A DNA stretch of 41,773 nucleotides from Octopus bimaculoides (lineage: Eukaryota), in contig NC_068984.1 of the NCBI RefSeq assembly GCF_001194135.2, forward strand, positions 81,011,873-81,053,645, read 5' to 3'. Shown here piece after piece: positions 11,821 to 24,219 of this stretch (within the stretch, counting starts at the first letter, position 1; the number at the start of each line of letters is the position of its first letter). The notes under the pieces were generated by a model. The model did not search any database and was not told the origin of the DNA. It saw only the letters and a program-made list of their open reading frames with translations. The translations under genes and the position numbers were made by a program.

Positions 11821-12238
11821 TACTCTTTTACTCTTTTACTTGTTTCAGTCATTTGACTGCGGCCATGCTGGAGCACCGCCTTTAGTCGAGCAAATCGACC
11901 CCAGGACTTATTCTTTGTAAGCCTAGTACTTATTCTATCGGTCTCTTTTGTCGAACCGCTAAGTGACGGGGACATAAACACACCAGCATCGTTTGTCAAG
12001 CAATGCTAGGGGGATAAACACAGACACACAAACACACACACACACACATATATATATACATATATATACACATATATACGACGGGCTTCTTTCAGTTTCC
12101 GTCTACCAAATCCACTCACAAGGCTTTGGTTGGCCCGAGGCTATAGCAGAAGACATTTGCCCAAGATGCCACGCAGTGGGACTGAACCCGGAACCATGTG
12201 GTTTGTAAGCAAGCTACTTACCACACAGCCACTCCTGC
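11821..12238 (-). mobile_element. SINE family B, full length
   Basis: Minus strand reads gcaggagtggctgtgtggtaag (A box), ggttcagtccc (B box), a CORE-like cttgggcaaatgtctt, an internal (TA)(TG) tract and a tail of aaaagagt repeats. Confidence 0.9.
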
Positions 12239-12475
12239 ATTCGTAACTATTTTTCTGTATGTAAAATGTAAGTTAATTGATGAGGACAAAATTGGTTAGA
12301 TTCTACAATGCTGATGAGATCTAATAAACCAAAATATGTTCGAAGATGTCCCTCGCTAACAAACGAAGATCAGACTTACCTTCCCTAAGGATGTAAATTA
12401 ACATTCAGAGATTAATTCTTAGTTTTTTAAAATTATCTCACCTTCTCTTTGGGAGTCGCTAACGATTACCGTAAG

Positions 12476-13270
12476 GGATTATTTCTGTATGGCTGAGCTT
12501 TTGAAAATTTCAAAGTTTAGTAAAAATTTTAAAATTTGGTGTATTGATGTAATTTTCCAAGCTGAATTTCAGGGAGATAGTTCACTTTTTCCAGAATTTT
12601 TTTAAAAAAAGTAATAGAGGTTTAAAGTTTGATAATTTTTACCCAGCCAGAAAACAGGACTTGGAAGCTGTCATTTTGTGCATGACTGCACGAGCTATCA
12701 GCATTCTGAAAATAACTCGTGACTTAATCTGAAATTGAAAACAAATCAAATTCTGCTTTACGCATGACATAACTCCTCATAACATTTCTATTTGGTATTT
12801 CCAGAAAATTTTTGCGAATTTGTATTCTACACACGGGAATTCATGCGATTATGTAAAAAAAAAAAATTATGGGTGGGGGAACCATAATTTATGACCAATG
12901 TATCAGTTATTTTTAGCACATCTCACGACCAGGGTACAAGTAACAGATGGACGCGAGCAGCAGAAAACAGCGTCAACGCACGTGGTCTCGCGTAGAATAT
13001 AATTTGTCAACACACGTGCTTTCTCGCAGATAAAAGAGTTCTTTTGTTTGGCTTGTTACTATGGAAGCAAGCATGAATGTTCCTGTGACTTACGATTGGC
13101 TAAAATTACCCAAAACTTGCAAACTTTAAAAGCCATTAACTCTTTATTTATTGATTTGTAGCGAAAATGAATTTAATGTCAATGGTTAGCATACAGAACT
13201 ACATCATTATACCAAATATGAAATCAAGTGGAAGAGAAATTGAAAAGCAGCAGCCGAACAGAAAAGATCC
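12476..13270. mobile_element. Non-autonomous GGAT-terminated DNA element (Merlin-like)
   Basis: Termini ggattatttctg / cagaaaagatcc. Flanks accgtaag / gctgcaag (5/8, all differences transitions) are consistent with an aged 8-bp TSD. Homologous to 4263-4913. Confidence 0.75.
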
Positions 13271-13639
13271 GCTGCAAGGTTTATATTTACTTATTTTTCT
13301 ACAATTAAAAGAGGAATTTCAATTATTTAAGAATAATTATTCATATTCATGCTATTAACTTACATGAGTTATTTCACTAAACCTATTTTACTTTTCATCA
13401 TGCTTAATGAATGCACTCATACGTAGCGTTGCACAGACACGTAAATAGTGAAAGATGTACGCATGCGCGCATTCACGCCCACAAACAAACGCACAATCAC
13501 GTACACGAACAGCAGACTCATCGATTACCGAACACAAATAATTTTATTCCAACTGCGATGCATGAATTCAGAACGCAAAAAAAAAAAATTAAATTAAATG
13601 GTATTGAAACTGTATGGCGTGTAATACGGTGTGAGGTTT

Positions 13640-13745
13640 AGTTGGCAGAGTCGTTCAATAAATACCTTTCAGTAAGAGTTCCAGCTTCTGTGGTTCAAAC
13701 CTTGCCGGGATCAATTTTACCATTCATCCCTCCGAGCAGTACAGT
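13640..13745 (+). mobile_element. Degenerate SINE family A fragment
   Basis: gttggcagagtcgtt...ggttcaaaccttgccgggatcaattttaccattcatccctccg. Confidence 0.6.
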
Positions 13746-16037
13746 TTTAAAGTATGAACACTCTGGCCTGTTGCTTGGAGGCCCAGTGGGTCTAGGGGCT
13801 TATGTATACTGTGACATGAAGTCAATAAATACTATAGGTCCCAGAGCCTTACTTTTCCCAAAGATTTATAATGTTATTTCGATAAAATAGTCAAGTATTG
13901 GGGTTATGTCATTGCCCGCTTGGCTTTTTTCCTCTATGAAGTCCTCAGTCAAAAAGGCACTGTTTCTTTTGCTTCTTTTTTTTTGTGATATACCTTCCTC
14001 ACACATTTCTTTTGCTAGAGTTAACCAATGTCAACGCCTCCTTAATCTCAACACTAGCAAAGCTGTGATTAATGCTTCTGCTATTACTTATGTCTTACAA
14101 TTTGAGGATCTGTGTTTACAAATATTTTCATTTGTAGAATTGGCATCTTTTCTGTAAATTTTTAAGGCGCAAATGTCTGTGTGAGCTTGTTGTCTTAACT
14201 ATTCCTTTCTGTTTTTTTTATTTTTCTTATGGGCGTGTTTACTGCAACCTCAATTGTGGCTAGAACCTCATATCGCTGTCCCAGAATAAGAAGTCATGCT
14301 AAAAAACAAATAAATAATTTTTTTTTAAATACATGTAAAATATATTAGGAAAAACCATATTTTTCTACCCCAAAATAAACGGGGTGGATATTTAAGCTCC
14401 AAAACCTTCCATTAGCAAATTAAAAAAAGGAACTATCATTAAATACAGCGTGAATTCTGTATTACCCACCCTACATTATATCCGTTCATAGATTGCTTGC
14501 ATGGTTTGTTTTTTCACTGGTTGTATATCGTTACAGCATTCCAGTATTCTACATAATCTACTTCTGTGTTCTCAATCGGCACATTCTTCTCTTCATCCCT
14601 GTTCACCTCACTCACCAAACCCATAAAGTATTCATTTACAATTTAATAAGCTTTACCTTCACTTCAAAGAAATGGTCGAGTACTATTTTCGACGCTAGTA
14701 CTCCATTGACAATATCTCTCTAAATTACCTCTTCTGGTCAGTGAAACAAGTTCTCCTCCAATCTACGTCTTTCGATCACAATGCCATTGCTAAATCTTAT
14801 CGATTCTACTTTGACAAGTGCAGTGATGCCCTTACTTCGTTTATGAGCTCATAATATGACCGAAACGTGTTTAGGTTTGTGGTCTCTTTCTTAGCGAAAT
14901 AATATATATAAGTTTTATATATATATATTTTTGCCTACACGCGTAATTATTTGCAGTAAGGTTTTTAATGTTCTCTTTATTAGATGCGCTTGCACTAACT
15001 TGAATATGAGTACTGGGCGGATTTGTAAACCAATTTCTATGTTATCGTTGAAGATTAATTACTCTTATTAAAATCATATATTTACCAAATTAATTTATTA
15101 CATCTTATGGCATGTTATAGAATCCGACATAAGTTGTTGAAGATAAAAACATGTTTCTGAGATAAAAGCTAAATTGGAATACGATAAAAAAGCAATGTAG
15201 AAATGGCTGAAAATCGCAGAATTAGGTCTGTAATAATTAGAGATAAAACTACGACTAATATTGACTCTTTGTAAGTAAACAGTTGTTGATGCTACTGCTG
15301 TTGCCGAAACGAAAACTGTCGTTCATCATAAAGACTTAAGATCAAAGTCATTTATGTGAGAATCACACAATTTATTGTTTATCTGAGATTCCCCAGGTGT
15401 TCGAAGACTACTTCATGAAACAGCTCTTTTTTCCATATTTGTAGGATATCATTAATGAAGAATTGACTGCTATTTCTAGGAGGTTGAATGATCATATAGA
15501 AGCTACCTCGTTGGCTGGCTTTTGTAAGTTGAACTGATTGCTGCCTAAATCGGGGGATTAACAATTTTTTTTTTTACTTTTACATCAAACATAGGCGCAC
15601 ACATACGCAAATACATTCACTCAAAGATGATTACGAATAACGCACGCACACACACAAACACACACACCAATTAGTGCGTGAATGTATGTGTGTGTATTTG
15701 TAACTTATCATTTAACGGTAGCAATAAGATGCAGTCTTGTTAAGTGTAGTCTGGATGTAAAAACAGAAGATAAATGGTGGAACGTGCAAATATGATGGAT
15801 CATGGCAAAAAAAAAAAACAATTTTCTTATACATGTTCGAACATATTGTGTTGCTTCAATGTTTAATTACATGTGGTTGTATTATAAAGGCCATTACCAA
15901 CTATACACATTAAATTTCAAAGCAAAAGAGGACAAATCAACTATGTGTATACAGTAATTTATGACATACACTTGATATTTCACCAATTGTTTATACGTCT
16001 CCATCTCTCTCTCTTTCACACCCTCTGTTTATCTCTG

Positions 16038-16431
16038 TTGCGCTTCAAAGACAAGCTAAAAGACAAACTGAAGCGATGCAACATTCTTTTTTCATCCTGG
16101 GTAAAAGAAATCATCAGAACACTGGACTGGCGCCAGTCTTGCTTCTCCTCAGTACAAAGCTTTTAGCAAAGTCGACTCAAGCATCGAGACCAACTTCGTG
16201 CAAGCATGAATGCACGCTGGTAAAAACGCTGGTCCTTTAAATGGAAAGCTTACATGTCATTGTGGTTTTGTGGCACGAAGCAAAGCAGGCCTTGCCGTCC
16301 ACTCAAGAAAACACATAGCAAATGATCCACAGCCACTCAAGCAAACTGAGTCCTCAACTTGTTCTATTTGCCAAAAGTTTTCAAAGGCACCAACAGGCCT
16401 CAAGAGACGCATTCGTGTCCATAGAACATGA
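16038..16431 (+). mobile_element. RTE-clade LINE ORF2 C-terminal remnant with two C2H2-like fingers
   Basis: LRFKDKLKDKLKRCNI..SW....RTLDWRQ, then (after a stop and frameshift) CHCGFVARSKAGLAVHSRKH and CSICQKFSKAPTGLKRRIRVH. This is the order typical of RTE C-termini. Confidence 0.8.
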
Positions 16432-16489
16432 TTAACGCTTTATTTTACTGAACTCTCATTTGTTGTTCAGGACAAGAGAATCCATCATA

Positions 16490-16800
16490 TATATGTGTGT
16501 GTAGTGTATGTATGTGTGTATGCATGTCCATGTGTGTGTGTGTGTGTATATATATATGTGTGTGTGTGTGTGCATATATATATATATAAATATATATATA
16601 TGCATATACATATATATGCATATATATATGTATATATATACATATATATATATATATATTCATAAATATATATATATGCATATTATACACATGCATATAT
16701 ATGCATTTATATACTCATATATCTGCATATGTATATGCATATATATATACATATATACATATATGTGCATATATATATATGCATATATATGCATTTATAA
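16490..16800. repeat. (TG)/(TA)/(TATG) compound microsatellite
   Basis: Direct inspection. Confidence 0.9.
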
Positions 16801-18605
16801 TATATTAAAAATGAACTTCAGTCTCGCTTGCTTGCAATGTTACACAGCCAAACAGTTTTCATTTCTCCTTCACGTTACCCACTTTTGTCTTGCAGCCCCA
16901 AGGCGTTTTTTTTTTGTATATGTATTATTATCATTATTAATTGTTGTCTTCGTGTGGTCCTTGCCCTATGGAGGCTCGTATATAGGCACTGCGGAACTGC
17001 AACACCCCCTATTTCCACTCGATAATATCGATAACATTCAATATAATGAGTCCTTTTTTTCTTTAATCCTTTCTTTATACTTGTACATTATATAATCGTT
17101 AAGCATCCTTTAGTTTATGAAAAACAAAATACAAAAATCCTTGTATAGGACTGTGCGCTTCATAGTTCCAGCGACACAGTGTTTGGCTGTTGTGCGCATG
17201 CTCACATGTCCGAGATAGGAAGCTTCAAATTACGGAAAGACAGCACTGTCATTCACGCAGTGCCGGTGAAAGGTGGTGTTTCTTTTTGACTCCGCGTGTG
17301 TTGTACTTAGAAACGTGTTTATATTCTTGAATGTGATAAAGTGTAGAATAAGATTATTATCCTGCTTCCAGCTTCAGTGTTGCTGCCAGGATTTGAAAAA
17401 TAGGGCAGATCCCAGCCCCACTTAATTTGTGATTTAAGAGGGATTTTTTAAAAACAAGGGTGGATTCGCTGCGGTTTTCAATGATAAAATTAAACACACT
17501 ACCCGGCAATGGCTAAAACGCGAACCAATTAAGTTTATGTATAAATATTCTTTTTATGTTTGTTTCATTTTACACAATATTAAAACAACGACTAAAAATT
17601 TTCTGAAGCAGCACCCCCACTAATTTTATCTACGAGCCACCACTGCCTAAGCCTTTATTCTGTGTATTGTTTTGCCCTTCGTCCGCCCACTAACGGTCTC
17701 GTTTCGAGCCCATTTCGTTTCGTTATGTTTTGTCCCCATTCGCGGCAAGTTTCTTGCCGGTGCCGCCAGGGTGGAAGCAATATTATCGATAATGGCTGAA
17801 ATTGCATTTGACCCGCTAGCCGACAACTAATGAAGAGTTAGTGACCTTCTATGTTTTTCGTTCGTCTGTGTATTTAGTATATGCTCGTTTATTTACTATA
17901 CGTTTTTTAAAATTATATATATGTAGGTATGTCATNNNNNNNNNNNNNNNNNNNNNNNNNNNNNNNNNNNNNNNNNNNNNNNNNNNNNNNNNNNNNNNNN
18001 NNNNNNNNNNNNNNNNNNNNNNNNNNNNNNNNNNNNNNNNNNNNNNNNNNNNNNNNNNNNNNNNNNNNNNNNNNNNNNNNNNNNNNNNNNNNNNNNNNNN
18101 NNNNNNNNNNNNNNNNNNNNNNNNNNNNNNNNNNNNNNNNNNNNNNNNNNNNNNNNNNNNNNNNNNNNNNNNNNNNNNNNNNNNNNNNNNNNNNNNNNNN
18201 NNNNNNNNNNNNNNNNNNNNNNNNNNNNNNNNNNNNNNNNNNNNNNNNNNNNNNNNNNNNNNNNNNNNNNNNNNNNNNNNNNNNNNNNNNNNNNNNNNNN
18301 NNNNNNNNNNNNNNNNNNNNNNNNNNNNNNNNNNNNNNNNNNNNNNNNNNNNNNNNNNNNNNNNNNNNNNNNNNNNNNNNNNNNNNNNNNNNNNNNNNNN
18401 NNNNNNNNNNNNNNNNNNNNNNNNNNNNNNNNNNNNNNNNNNNNNNNNNNNNNNNNNNNNNNNNNNNNNNNNNNNNNNNNNNNNNNNNNNNNNNNNNNNN
18501 NNNNNNNNNNNNNNNNNNNNNNNNNNNNNNNNNNNAGATGCGGGGGGATACAACCTCACAATCTCACACACGTACCAGCTTCACAGACACATGTGCGCAC
18601 ACGCC

Positions 18606-18671
<66 letters not shown>

Positions 18672-19309
18672 CATACACGCGCGCGCACACATGCACGCAC
18701 GCAGAAACATACATCATTATTTGAGCTCTGGAGTCATTTTTTTTTTGTCCTTTGTTTACTACATTATTTTATTTATTTAATTTACGTATTTGTTTATTTT
18801 TATGTCAAAGCGTGACATAATGAAATAAAACGTATGTAAATCTATCGTTTTCTTACCAACAATACTATCAATTATATAACATGCGATACCTCTGTTCAGC
18901 TTTGACCTCTCTCGCCTGTACCACGAAGTATAAGGATAGTCAGTCCAAAGCGTCGCCCTGCAATAACTATACACGCACAATAGTGGCTGGCTACTCAAGC
19001 TCGCAGTGCTAATAATAATAGTAATAATAATGCCTTTATAATGATACTCTGTACACAAGACCAAATTAACTTGTTATTATCGATACAAATGCTGTGTATG
19101 AAGTTAAAATTATGTGCAAAGCAAATCGCCTATCCAGCGACATCAACTCTCTGAGTACTAATGATGGATATTCACATGAAAATCAATAAAGGCGAATGAA
19201 GAAAAAGAGAGGAGAAAGAAGAGGAACAAAAACAAACAGTGAGGTGGAGGTGAAAGAAAGAGGAGTAGAATACAATAAGAATAATGAATAGCGGTAGAGC
19301 TAGATATGT

Positions 19310-19446
19310 TTTTAGAGAGAGGAGGATAGAATTAGATAGTGAGCGAGAAAGCGAGCGAGCTAGAGAGAGAAGGGGTGGGAGAGAGAGAAGGGGAAAGGGG
19401 GAGAGAGAGGGGGAGAGAGCGGAGAGAGGGGGAGAGAGCGGAGAGA
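19310..19446. repeat. GA-rich simple repeat leading into an N gap
   Basis: Direct inspection. Confidence 0.9.
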
Positions 19447-20399
19447 NNNNNNNNNNNNNNNNNNNNNNNNNNNNNNNNNNNNNNNNNNNNNNNNNNNNNN
19501 NNNNNNNNNNNNNNNNNNNNNNNNNNNNNNNNNNNNNNNNNNNNNNNNNNNNNNNNNNNNNNNNNNNNNNNNNNNNNNNNNNNNNNNNNNNNNNNNNNNN
19601 NNNNNNNNNNNNNNNNNNNNNNNNNNNNNNNNNNNNNNNNNNNNNNNNNNNNNNNNNNNNNNNNNNNNNNNNNNNNNNNNNNNNNNNNNNNNNNNNNNNN
19701 NNNNNNNNNNNNNNNNNNNNNNNNNNNNNNNNNNNNNNNNNNNNNNNNNNNNNNNNNNNNNNNNNNNNNNNNNNNNNNNNNNNNNNNNNNNNNNNNNNNN
19801 NNNNNNNNNNNNNNNNNNNNNNNNNNNNNNNNNNNNNNNNNNNNNNNNNNNNNNNNNNNNNNNNNNNNNNNNNNNNNNNNNNNNNNNNNNNNNNNNNNNN
19901 NNNNNNNNNNNNNNNNNNNNNNNNNNNNNNNNNNNNNNNNNNNNNNNNNNNNNNNNNNNNNNNNNNNNNNNNNNNNNNNNNNNNNNNNNNNNNNNNNNNN
20001 NNNNNNNNNNNNNNNNNNNNNNNNNNNNNNNNNNNNNNNNNNNNNNNNNNNNNNNNNNNNNNNNNNNNNNNNNNNNNNNNNNNNNNNNNNNNNNNNNNNN
20101 NNNNNNNNNNNNNNNNNNNNNNNNNNNNNNNNNNNNNNNNNNNNNNNNNNNNNNNNNNNNNNNNNNNNNNNNNNNNNNNNNNNNNNNNNNNNNNNNNNNN
20201 NNNNNNNNNNNNNNNNNNNNNNNNNNNNNNNNNNNNNNNNNNNNNNNNNNNNNNNNNNNNNNNNNNNNNNNNNNNNNNNNNNNNNNNNNNNNNNNNNNNN
20301 NNNNNNNNNNNNNNNNNNNNNNNNNNNNNNNNNNNNNNNNNNNNNNNNNNNNNNNNNNNNNNNNNNNNNNNNNNNNNNNNNNNNNNNNNNNNNNNNNNN

Positions 20400-20613
20400 T
20401 AGTCCATCATATCGACCCAAGTGTTTCATTGATACTTACGCATTTTATCGATTGCAAAGGGATGAAAAGCAAAGTCGACCTCGGCGGCATTTGAACTCAG
20501 AACTTAAAGATGGACGAAATGCCGCTAAGCATTTTTTTCCAGCGTGCTAACGATTCTGCCAGCTCACCGCCTAAATAATAATAATAATAATAATAATAAC
20601 AATAATAATAATG

Positions 20614-20668
<55 letters not shown>

Positions 20669-20795
20669 TTCTTTCTACTACAGGCACAAGGCCTGAAAGT
20701 CGACCTTGGCGGAATTTGAGTTCAGAACGTAAAAACCAGAAGAAAATGTTGTTAAACATTTTGTTCGACGCGCTAACAATTCTGCCAGTTCGCCC
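20400..20795 (-). mobile_element. Two SINE family A copies separated by a (TAA)n tract (about 20572-20666)
   Basis: Head and body at 20400-20570, and an internally deleted copy at 20667-20795. Confidence 0.8.
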
Positions 20796-20799
20796 CTTA

Positions 20800-21075
20800 T
20801 TGATGATGATCATCATCAACATCATGATAAAAATTGTTATAATTTGTGATAAGGACAAATACACAATGATGACGACGACGACGATGACGACAACAGCAAT
20901 GATGATGATGATGATTATAATGATGATGATGAAGACGATGACGATGACGAATAAAGCTGATACAAAAATATTTAGAGAAAGTGAACAGTGAGAGATTGAG
21001 GATGATAAAGAGATAGATAGATAGATAGATGGAGAGAGAGTGAGAGAGTAAGAGAGAGAGAGAGAGAGAGAGAGG
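20800..21075. repeat. (GAT/GAC)n, (GATA)n and (GA)n microsatellites
   Basis: Direct inspection. Confidence 0.9.
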
Positions 21076-22564
21076 AGGAAGAACGTATTTATTTTGTGGA
21101 GGAAGTGGGGAGAAACCGTGTATATAAACCGAGAATGCTCAGTAAAGATGTAAGTATGATTATATTTAAACGGTAGAGGATTAAAAGCGATTATGTACAA
21201 AGCCAACATGAATTAATAGCATGAATTGCTGAAATATTTATTGACTGAAGGAGGTTGTTATAGAGATAGAAGCAAAGCAAATAAAATATTCGGGATACAA
21301 AAAATGTTTTCTTCTTTTTTTAAGAAAAATAAAATAAAATAAAATCGAATTGAGGAGGATGAAGAGAAATAAAATAAATAAACCAATTAGTCAATCATTC
21401 ATTTATTGATATTTCACGAAGCTGGGCAGAATTACAATAAATAATAATCGCAATCAAAAACAACAAAAAATACAGAAGGAAAGAGAGAAAATTGATTTGA
21501 TTGAAAAAAATTCAAAATGGCGTCGGTTACGAGTTGTAAAGGCGTAACAAAATGAAAGTAAACGAAGTTAAGTTAAAAAAAAAAAGACAGTATGGAAAAT
21601 AATCTCGCTGAAATCTTTTACTTACGTCAAAGTTACACAATGGCTAATAATGTCGAGATAGAACAAGCTTTGATACAGCTGGATTATATTATATAAAGTT
21701 GATATTCTCTAAATTTTCAGTTGAAATTTTACGAATCTCAGTAACATTTCTTTCTTTCTCCTACCCCGTTGAGATTGTCATTTGTCTCTAGGCAGAAAAG
21801 GTCATTTTCTTTCCAAACATATTCAATGACATTATTATTAACACACTCACACAATGCTGTAAAATGATACAAGATAGAGAACTTGTTCAACGATTATGTT
21901 TATACACACAGTGATTTTAAAGTCTTTCGGTTTGTTTTTGCACGAAAATGTTTACATAGGGTATGTTGTCGTAAATGTGCGTTATACAGCCGAAGAAAAA
22001 AAACAGAAGTGCAGTGAGAATACGATCACTGCATACAAACATCACGAGATTTCTTTCTACTTGTCAACAAAGGAGTATATGCAAGGCAGTTTTCTTTAAA
22101 GTGTAACCAGCATGGCGCTTTATTTTGCTGTCATTATGCTGTTGTCGTTGTGTAATCTCAGCTCAGCTATGACCAAGAAGATTTGAGGCACATATCTCGT
22201 CGAGCGAACGACTAGGAGCAAGTTTGTTTGCATCGCCATTGTGCAAATTATTTATACAAGTGCATTGAGAACCGAGCGATCAAGCAAAAGAACAGATTTT
22301 TCTCTTGAATGATCAGTCAACCAACTAAATACTACTCCCTGTCATGCGCCAAACAAGACTTCCCTACAGAGTCACTCGCCTTGGTAAAAATAGCAGCCAA
22401 ATTTCCTCCAAACCACACCTTACCATTTTGAAGAGCAAAGGCAGCATTAAACAATGTATTCCCAGATATACTTCGTTCTGAAAATATGCTGGATTGTCAT
22501 CGCTAGAACGCTTTGCATAGATCAAAGCTGATATGAGGGTTAAGCAACAACTCTCTTCCATACG

Positions 22565-23031
22565 TGAAACTATTATTAGGTTCATACATTCCATAATTCA
22601 AGAATGTGGGATAATATCGTACGCCTTATAATCGATCCATGACATGGTTAAGTTAGTTTTCCTCCTCTTGCAGTTTTTAAGTACAGTTTTGTCTACCAGG
22701 AGCTGATACTTGGTACTTCTGCACTTACGCTTGCAACCCTTCTGTTCATGTGGCAGGACATCATTTTTCTCCAGATGTCCATACATTGACTCTGCGACTA
22801 TTCCAGTCAATAATTTCCACATAAGTGGCAAGCAGGGTATCGGCCTGTAATTGTCTACCGTATCGATGTTTTTCAAGCACAGCACTGTCCTACCCATTGT
22901 CAACCACTCTGGTGTTACTTGGTTGGTATTTAACAAGGTGTTGAATTGTGCAGCGATTCGTGCATGAGATTCATCAAATCTTTTGATCCAGTAGCCTTGA
23001 ACCCATCTGCTCCCGGAGCCTTCCAGTTACT

Positions 23032-23082
<51 letters not shown>

Positions 23083-23750
23083 ATTTCCTTCACTTCCGTA
23101 ACTGAAATGAGTAGTTCTGCTTGTTTTGGAGAGACTACTGTTTGTTTCAGTTCTTGCAACCATTCAGCATCCTTCTTATGCTCTTTGTCTTTGCTCCAGA
23201 TGTCACTCCAAAACCTTTGACTTTCAATGTTATCTGGTGTCAACTGTTCATCTGAACACTCTCCATTTATTTCTATGCAGAATCACTTCTGATCTACTCT
23301 GAATAACCTATTCTGCTGGTAACCATTCATTCCTTGGTCGTATCTTACTATCTTTGCTTTCTTTGCAACGAGGCGCTGTTTCAGTACTTCTATTACCACT
23401 TTTAGGCCCTTTCTTTCAATATTATACTTCCTGTTCAGTGCCCAGTATTTTTGTTCGCTTTTAAGCACCCCCTTCTATTTTCGGTCTAACACAGAAATGT
23501 CCTTCGAGAGCATATCTAATCCTCCCCGCTGTATTCTTCTTTTCCTCCATGGATCTTTTCTTTTTTCACTCCCATTATATTTCTTTTTCTTGACATCAAC
23601 ACCCACATTTTCTGCTACAACAATACTTGCTGCCTTGATCAAATTATTTGTTTCTGTGATGTTTTTTGTTCTGATGTATTTCAGAATTCTCTCCTCTTTG
23701 CTTGCAGTAGCAGCCAACCTCTTATTTAACTTGTCCTCCACAAATTAACT
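22565..23750 (-). mobile_element. Decayed R4/Dong-like non-LTR retrotransposon fragment (pre-RT region and RT N-terminal part)
   Basis: Consecutive frames KDPWRKRRIQ, LKQRLVAKKAKIVRY...[27 protein letters not shown]...[26 protein letters not shown](K)KAYDIIPHS. Multiple stops and frameshifts. The clade call is from motif recognition. Confidence 0.8.
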
Positions 23751-23864
23751 TAAATCTTGTCGGGTCTGATTTACTTTTCATCCTACTAGGATTGGTAACA
23801 CTAAATACCAAACGTGTACTGAAGTCGAATCATGGATGACAGTATGACAGAATGGTTAAAATTC

Positions 23865-24097
23865 AAGGCGGCGAGCTGGCAGAAACGTTAGCACGCCGGG
23901 CGAAATGCTTCGCGATATTTCGTCTGCCACTACGTTCTGAGTTCAAATTCCGCCAAGGTCGACTTTATCTTTCATCCTTTCGGGATCGATTAAATAAGTA
24001 CCAATTACACACTGGGGTCGATATAATCGACTTAATCCGTTTGTCTGTTCTTGTTTGTCCCCTCTGTGTTTAGCCCCCTGTGGATAGTAAAGAAATA
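23865..24097 (+). mobile_element. Young full-length SINE family A with 16-bp TSD
   Basis: TSD agaatggttaaaattc at 23849-23864 and 24098-24113. Tail gtttgtctgttcttgtttgtcccctctgtgtttagcccc...aagaaata. Confidence 0.95.
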
Positions 24098-24219
24098 AGA
24101 ATGGTTAAAATTCGCTTTCCAATCACTGACCCCCGGGTTCATTTCCACTGGGGAGCATCTTAAGTTAGAATCTTTGACCGTAGATTCTGGTCTGGTAACA
24201 CAAAACTGAGCGCAAACCT

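Noticed and set aside
13750-14290. Decayed minus-strand reading frames
   Set aside because: Multiple stops and no motif I can identify.
14845-14880. Second hammerhead-like motif (tttatga-gctcata/tatgacc-gaaac)
   Set aside because: The core has two substitutions and stems I and III cannot be formed.
16210-16431. Host C2H2 zinc-finger gene exon
   Set aside because: It directly follows RTE ORF2 sequence with a stop and frameshift, so it belongs to the LINE.
21380-21530. Homeodomain-like sites and an aaaatggcg (YY1 or start-codon-like) motif
   Set aside because: Short motifs are expected in AT-rich DNA, and the ATG opens only 12 codons.
22364-22570. Second RT fragment (SFDLCKAF* resembles DLSKAFD)
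   Set aside because: The motif is not supported by neighbouring frames, and part of the stretch matches a short dispersed repeat.
23865-23950. SINE heads as functional tRNA genes
   Set aside because: They have A and B boxes but no complete acceptor stem, and they continue into SINE bodies with TSDs.
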